Shown: piece by piece, positions 50,588 to 64,000 of the stretch
How positions within the stretch are numbered: position 1 is the stretch's first letter
Layout: every line of letters begins with the position of its first letter
NCBI GenBank assembly: GCA_963693365.1
Contig: CAVNZM010000006.1
Coordinates: 3,930,267 to 3,994,266 of the forward strand
Source of the DNA: Amoebidium appalachense
Lineage: Eukaryota; Protista; Ichthyosporea
Direction of reading: 5' to 3'
DNA length: 64,000 bases
The notes under the pieces: model-generated
Seen by the model: the letters and a program-made list of their open reading frames with translations, nothing else
Database searches by the model: none
What the model was told of the DNA's origin: nothing
Made by a program: the position numbers and the translations under genes

Positions 50588-51903
50588 TTTCCCCCTCCCC
50601 CTCCCCTCCCTCTCTACTCTCCCTGCTGATGAGCTCTTCTTAATTGTCTCTTGCCCGCACTTTTTTTCATTTCTTATTTTTGTTTGATTTTGCTTCTTGC
50701 AACGTTTTGTGTTTGCCTTTCGATTTGTCCACTTCCATAATTCCAACCCCTAGAGGGAATACACCTCCCCCGGCCCCCCCCCCCCCCCCAAAAAAAAATA
50801 AATAAATAAATAAATAATAAAAAATAAAAAATAATAAACCTTTTTAATTGAATTGAAACTTTCTCGCACTCACCCATCCACACAACCACCTCAGAGTCTC
50901 TGTTTTCCGGCCCTACCTCCAACACACACATGCACAAACATCTCCCTTCACCCTCCCCCCCCCCCTCCCCCCCCCCCCCCCCCCCCCCCCCCACAATTTC
51001 ACGGAACACAATGATTCATACACACATGTCCGTGGATTTCAATTTGGCGACCCTCCCGAGATTATGTGTTGGCTGCTTGTGAATGTGCACACTGTCTATC
51101 TCCTGATGCTATATCATACGGTTGACAAGAATGTGCACATGTGCTCAGAGAAATTCGTTTCATCTTGATGTTTTAGCTCTTTTGCGACTGTATTTTTAAG
51201 TTCACTTTTGGTGTGTGTGGTCCACATCACTTTTCCAAGCACAACAGCATGGAACGCAGAGCAGGGAGGCAAGAAGAACATGCAACGAAAAGGACCAGGA
51301 GTAGGAATTGGGGGGAAGGGGGGGGGGGGGGGGGGGGGGGGGGGGAGGGGGAGGGGGAGGGGGGGGGGGGGGGGGGGGGGCGGGGGGCATCCTACAGTGT
51401 ATGTGCATATATAGCATGATGTAGTAATCTTGTCATATCTGCAGGAAAACTTGGAATTTTGGGATGCAGTGGAGAACTTCCGGCGATTGTTCCAGAAAAG
51501 AAGCCGGGCCGAGAACCAGGAGGAGGCGCAATGTCTCGTCGACCATTTTATCCAATTTGGGTCTGTCCGCGAGGTAAATCTATCCGAGGAAGTGAGGGAG
51601 TTGGCACTGAGAGCGGCCGAAAATCAGGACGTTGGGGTGGAGGCGTTTGATTTCGCGCAGGCCGAGATATTCAAATTGCTGCTTTGGGACGTATATCCCC
51701 GGTACAAAAAATGGCTTGCTGCCCACCCAGAAAGGCTGCTCGAAGAGATATCTGAACCCCCTACACCTACGAGCTCCCCTACGAACTTGAGCTCGCGGGG
51801 GAGCCAAAATACCGCAAAGCCAAGGACTTCGATCTTCCGGAGGGCAAATTCGTCCCCTTGTGTGGCACTTACCTTAGTAACCCCCCTCGAGAGTTTGGAG
51901 TGA
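48655..51903 (+). CDS. RGS (regulator of G-protein signalling) domain protein, 2 exons, ~478 aa, Ser-rich disordered N-terminus
   Basis: Exons are 48655-49632 and 51445-51903 (GT-AG, phase 0). The join rebuilds the RGS box: LYEEFIAMEYNQ|ENLEFWDAVENFR...HFIQFGSVREVNLS...FDFAQAEIFKLLLWDVYPRY. Confidence 0.92.
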
Positions 51904-52155
51904 ACACTTGAAAGCGGGAGGGTGGGGGGAGGGGGGGGGGGGGGGGGGGGGGGAAGAAGAGACCAAAAATGAGATCTTAGAAAAATTTGCTAAAATATTT
52001 AGTAGACTGACTGTATGTTATTGCCAATGAAAAGACATCTCAATTGTGTGCCTTTCCGTGACTGTCTAGGGATAGTGTTTTGGTGGCTATAAAGGGTTCG
52101 GCAATGCTTTTCAGATTTCCGGATGTTCCAATAACAGGGGAAAAGATGGGGGGAT

Positions 52156-52202
<47 letters not shown>

Positions 52203-52331
52203 AAATGAAGTGCGTGTAGGAACCTTGGGCTGTTTATCGAACATGACATTTGTTTAACATCAATCCAATTCGGGAAAGTTTCCTGTAGTCAATCAGGATA
52301 TATAGAAATATGAGGAGACATAGTTTATAAA

Positions 52332-54973
52332 TGTTATGTTATATGGGTGTCTGTGGTTCTCGGTGGGTTCTCTGTGGTGGTCTGTGTGCTATATGCTTTT
52401 TATAGATTGTCGGGTATGTCTCAACCTGTGACCCATCTTTAATGCAAGACCTCATGTGTGCCTGTGTCCAACTGATCTCAACTGACAACTGAGACCCGCT
52501 CAGGAGTGACGGTTATACATGTACTCTGGGATCAGGGCTCAGCTAGGCTATCCATATATGGTAATCATTACATCCATATCATTTGTTCATAGGGTAGGGA
52601 TTCTCAACCGCGTGTGCTTCAGTCACACCACATCACTCCCCCCTCAAGATCCTTCGTCCTCGAAGGATTCAGAGACCTGCTCCCTTAGGAGTCAAAAATG
52701 TTAGTAATTTGGTTAGTATGAGGAGTAGCCGTAGCCTTTGCAACTTTCACCTTCGAGCACCATGCATGTCAGTAACATCCTGGGTATCATTGTATACTTA
52801 TCAGCAGAGAGCATAACCATGTGACCACTTGGGTTCACGTCTGTGAGTGCATATCAAGCACCTTTCACTGTATCATCATTTCAGTAATTCTTGTTATGCC
52901 TCTGGAAGTGCTCTCGGCACTTATCAATTTCATCGTGTTTAAGTTTCATTATTGCACACCATGTGCAGTAGAGCTCTTCGGTTCTTGCATTTGGGTCTTC
53001 GTAATCATACTTTGAATCTCTCAGACTCGTTGAGACAATCGGTACCCGCAGAGATAATTTAGATCTCCGATATATATTTTCTTTCTTTGCTTTTCTTTTT
53101 GTTTTTGTTTCTTTTTTTTTATAGATCATTTGTCGTATTTTCAAATATGGCATCATTCCTGTGCCTTTATATGCACATCAAACGTGCATTTTCCTTCGTG
53201 CTTTTCTCTGTAGAGCTGGCTTCACCAGCAGCACGTTTTCTTTCTTGTGACCTGGACCATTATATGCCCTAATAGTTTGTTACTTTCAGCCAATTTTCAC
53301 TTTATCAGCAGCATAAATTTCATTTTCGGGCAGTAAAGCTGCTGTTGGGCATTATGCCGTAGCAGGATCATATCTGAAGGGAAGCTTTGTACCGTTCTCC
53401 AGTTCTCTTGTCTCTCAGTCTCACTCTCAAAGACTCCCTCACAGTACTAGTATGTAAATAGTATTCTGTATTCGAGCACAAAAGCTCTTCTCTCTCTCTT
53501 TGCCAAATAGGCAGTAAAAAAGAAGGATCAACAGGGAATCGCAAACACAGCATCGATGTATCAGCCACTTGTATCATAATAGGGGTGATCTCACCACCAT
53601 GAAGTTCCATAGAGAGTAACATGCTGGGTCTTCTTGAATCAGCAGCATTTCATTGTCTCTGTCAAGCATCCGGTGTATGCTTCAGGTCTACCCTTGGCAT
53701 ACTGTGGGTGGTGGAAGCTGTGTTAGGAAAAAAATTGTGGTGGGGTTTGCGGATGCGTGCACTTATGTGCAATTTTATGTGTATCTTGTCTGCTGTGCAG
53801 CTTTGGGACGTCTCCCATTTCAACCTTTCAGTATAATATTGCTCTTTCCCACACCACAAGCTTCCCATTCTATACAAGATCTTTCAAGATCTATAAAGAG
53901 TCGAAACTTGAGCAACGAGGGAATCCTTCTATAAAGGTCCCATAAACGTTTTATGCCACCCTGGTGTGCATAACCTAAGCTCCTAGTGTTGGCTAGGCAC
54001 CAGTTACAGAAGCCATACAACACCTGTGCACCTGCAGTGGGCCCTACTGCAAGCACACTTAAACCCGGAGTTTGTATTCGCAACCGCAAATCTCCGCTCA
54101 AGTAGTGCATGTCACGCACTTTTGCTTTTGCCGTGGCTTTATGTGTCTTGGTTTGCGTCCCACAATCATATTTCGCTCTCTCTTGTCTCTTTTTCTCTTT
54201 TTCACAGAGGTATAATGAAGAAGAAGAAAGGAGAGCTAAAGGGGGTTACCGTCCTTGTGCGTCTGGGCTGTCCCTCTTGCAGTGTACTAAGCGTCGCAAG
54301 GGACTGTTGTCGTCGTCGTGGCAAAAAAAGAGAAAACTTCGCAGCGGTTTTCTTTCGGAGAGTCGACGGAGTAGCACGGCCGAGGAAGCACGTTTGCACG
54401 TCTCCAAAACAGTCGCTTCCGATCTCCGATCGATCGATTTAAAATAGTAGGGAACATGACCATATATAGGCAAAACTAAAATTAACGATGCTTTCCTGGC
54501 CAATCATAGCCTTCCACGTCTAACGGCAGAAAGGAGTGCAAAAGCACCAATCGAAAAAAAATTCAGTCCGCGCGAGGAGCCGTAAAAGTAAGGCCGGGAA
54601 AGATGTGAAGATTCGAAGCACCTTTCAACCGAAGGTGTCTGAAAGTGGTACAGGTGTCATCAGGAGTCAAAAAATAAGCACTTTGTGTTACGAGTATGCG
54701 TTTAGGTTTAGAGAATGCTATAGTCCTGTGTGTTCTCGAAAAAAAAAAAGTTCTAAAACTTTTGGCCGTAACCACGCGCAGAAATACCACCAGAGACGGG
54801 TGTAGCTCAGATGTTATGTTATATGGGTGTGTGTGGTTCTCTGTGGGTTCTCTGTGGTGGTCTATGTGCTATATGCTCTTTATAGAGTCTCGGGTATGTC
54901 TCAACCTGTGACCCATCTTTAATGCAAGACCGTCATGTGTGCCTGTGTCCAACTGATCTCAACTGACAACTGA
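52332..54973 (-). mobile_element. LTR-like element: two ~157-bp direct repeats (52332-52487, 54812-54968) around a decayed interior with a gag-like zinc knuckle remnant
   Basis: The repeats run TGTTATG...CTGACA, differ at only a few positions and contain TATAAA on the minus strand. The interior minus-strand peptide YCTWCAIMKLKHDEIDKC is knuckle-like. No pol motifs, TSD or clear PPT were found. Confidence 0.65.
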
Positions 54974-55173
54974 AGTGGGAGTGGGGGGCTTGAACAGGGC
55001 TGGGGGGATCTCTCTCTTTCTCCCCCTCTCCCCCTCTCTCTCCCTCTCCCTCTCCCTCCCTCTCGCTCTCCGAGGCTCTCTCTCTCTGCCTCTCTCTTCC
55101 CCCCTCGTGTGTGTGTGTAATGTATGTGCATGTGCGTGCGCGGATGTTTCATTGTGCATGTGCTTGGGTCACG

Positions 55174-55228
<55 letters not shown>

Positions 55229-55707
55229 GGTAGGAAAGAGTAGATTTGTGTGGAAAAAAGATCTGAGCATGGCCTCGGTTAATACTACCGTATTTTAGAT
55301 TAGTGGTGTACTGAAATTGTCATGACATGGCTCGTAGCCAAGTGGTGCTGGTGGCAAATGACTCAACCCAGTGCCATCACAGCACCTGTGGCTTAGGTGG
55401 TTTCTTTTGGCTTGTGTGTGCGCCTATGTCAAGATCCTAGCTTATTCATGACTATAGTGTCATTAAGTTAGGGTTTGGTAGACATAATATGTGTGAGCAC
55501 TCACGGCACAGTGTGTGTTTGCATACACGTGTGCACCGTGTAGTGATCATGATACTAAGCACACGTCTTGGGTACATCGGTGTCTTCGTCCGTGTGGGGA
55601 TAGTATGAACAAAATTGGTAATGTGCCGCCAAAACTCCCTGAGTTCGAATTCGAACGAAGCTTGTCCAGTGCACAGAGTCTCCAGAGAGTGGATGGACTC
55701 ATGAATG

Positions 55708-55738
<31 letters not shown>

Positions 55739-56589
55739 AAAAAAAGAGTATCAATGATATACACCTATCAATCGTTTTTCTTTTTTTGTTTTTTCTTTTT
55801 TGTTTCACCTTACTATAGTAAGCAATCATGTGATTCATGTCGTTTCAAGTTGCACTTGCAACCACAGCGTGACAGTGGAACCGCGTGAGCCCGTTTAATT
55901 GGTGGAATAAAACTTTTCGCCCATTCCGCCAATCACAGCGCTCTCTAGAATCCAATCGGAACGGTTTCTGGAAACACGGTAAAAGCAAATGCTGCGTCCT
56001 CGATTTCGATTCGAATATTTGGAGCTGGGACTTCTGGGTTGGAAACGTTTACTAAGTGGTGCAGCTACACTGTTGTGTACAGTAAGTATTTATCCTAGCT
56101 TTATGGGTAATTTTGATTAACTAAACTGAATGCAGGCTAACGGTCCCGCGGATGGTTGTAGAGTCATTGTGAATGTGACACTTTCAAAACGGGTGGTACG
56201 GGCTCTCAAGCCCCCGCAGGGTGTGGGCCGTGATGGCGAGAAATGATTCGCTAAATATCATTTACAATAGTTGGTGTCTTTTGATTAGTTGGCTTTTCCG
56301 GGCCCTCGCCCGATGATCCCACAGTTTCGACTGCCAACGTTTCCGGCTTTCCAACGTTGACTTATATTGCAATTGTAGGGGGAAACACCAGGCGTAGGCC
56401 GAAGGGAATTGGGGGATTAGGGAAGAACAAGGGAATATAGTGGGGTGTAGTCAAAGCACATGCAATGATAAAATTGTTACGTTAGTGGTGTGTGTTAGTA
56501 ATAGTTGCGGTGTTGGGTAAGTAGTGTTACAAGTAGTGGGGGGAGAGTGCTCGCGGGGCACATGCCCGTGCTTTCTGTGTAGTTTGAAA

Positions 56590-63899
<7,310 letters not shown>

Positions 63900-64000
63900 G
63901 TGAGTGGCCGGCCATGAAATCGCACTCCGAAAAATCCCCTCCCTCCCTCCCTCCCTTCCCCCCCCCCCCCCCCCCTCTTCCCGTCTTTGAGGATGGGCTC

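Overview
Eukaryotic genomic DNA. The gene content suggests a unicellular opisthokont-like protist or fungus, but this is inference only. Introns are packed with (CA)n/(GT)n/(GA)n microsatellites and G/C homopolymers, so most ORF-track entries are spurious. I support nine protein-coding genes. Four are intronless: a SulP/SLC26 sulfate transporter, a Siw14/OCA-type phosphatase, a HEXXH metalloprotease fused to a VHL-beta domain, and a trypsin-like protease. Five are spliced, with exons assembled by hand and phases checked: translin (8 exons), C9orf85/DUF2039 (3 exons), a G-alpha subunit with a ~380-aa acidic C-terminal tail (7 exons), an RGS protein (2 exons), and a glycosyltransferase-like membrane protein that runs off the window. 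Mobile DNA comprises three LINE 3' fragments, an LTR-like element with a decayed interior, an inverted MITE pair and a foldback minisatellite. The most novel signal is a ~350-bp non-coding dispersed repeat with two subfamilies and at least 9 copies. It sits in poly(C) runs, carries a kink-turn-like RNA motif supported by compensatory changes, and lies in the host's sense orientation in every intronic copy.
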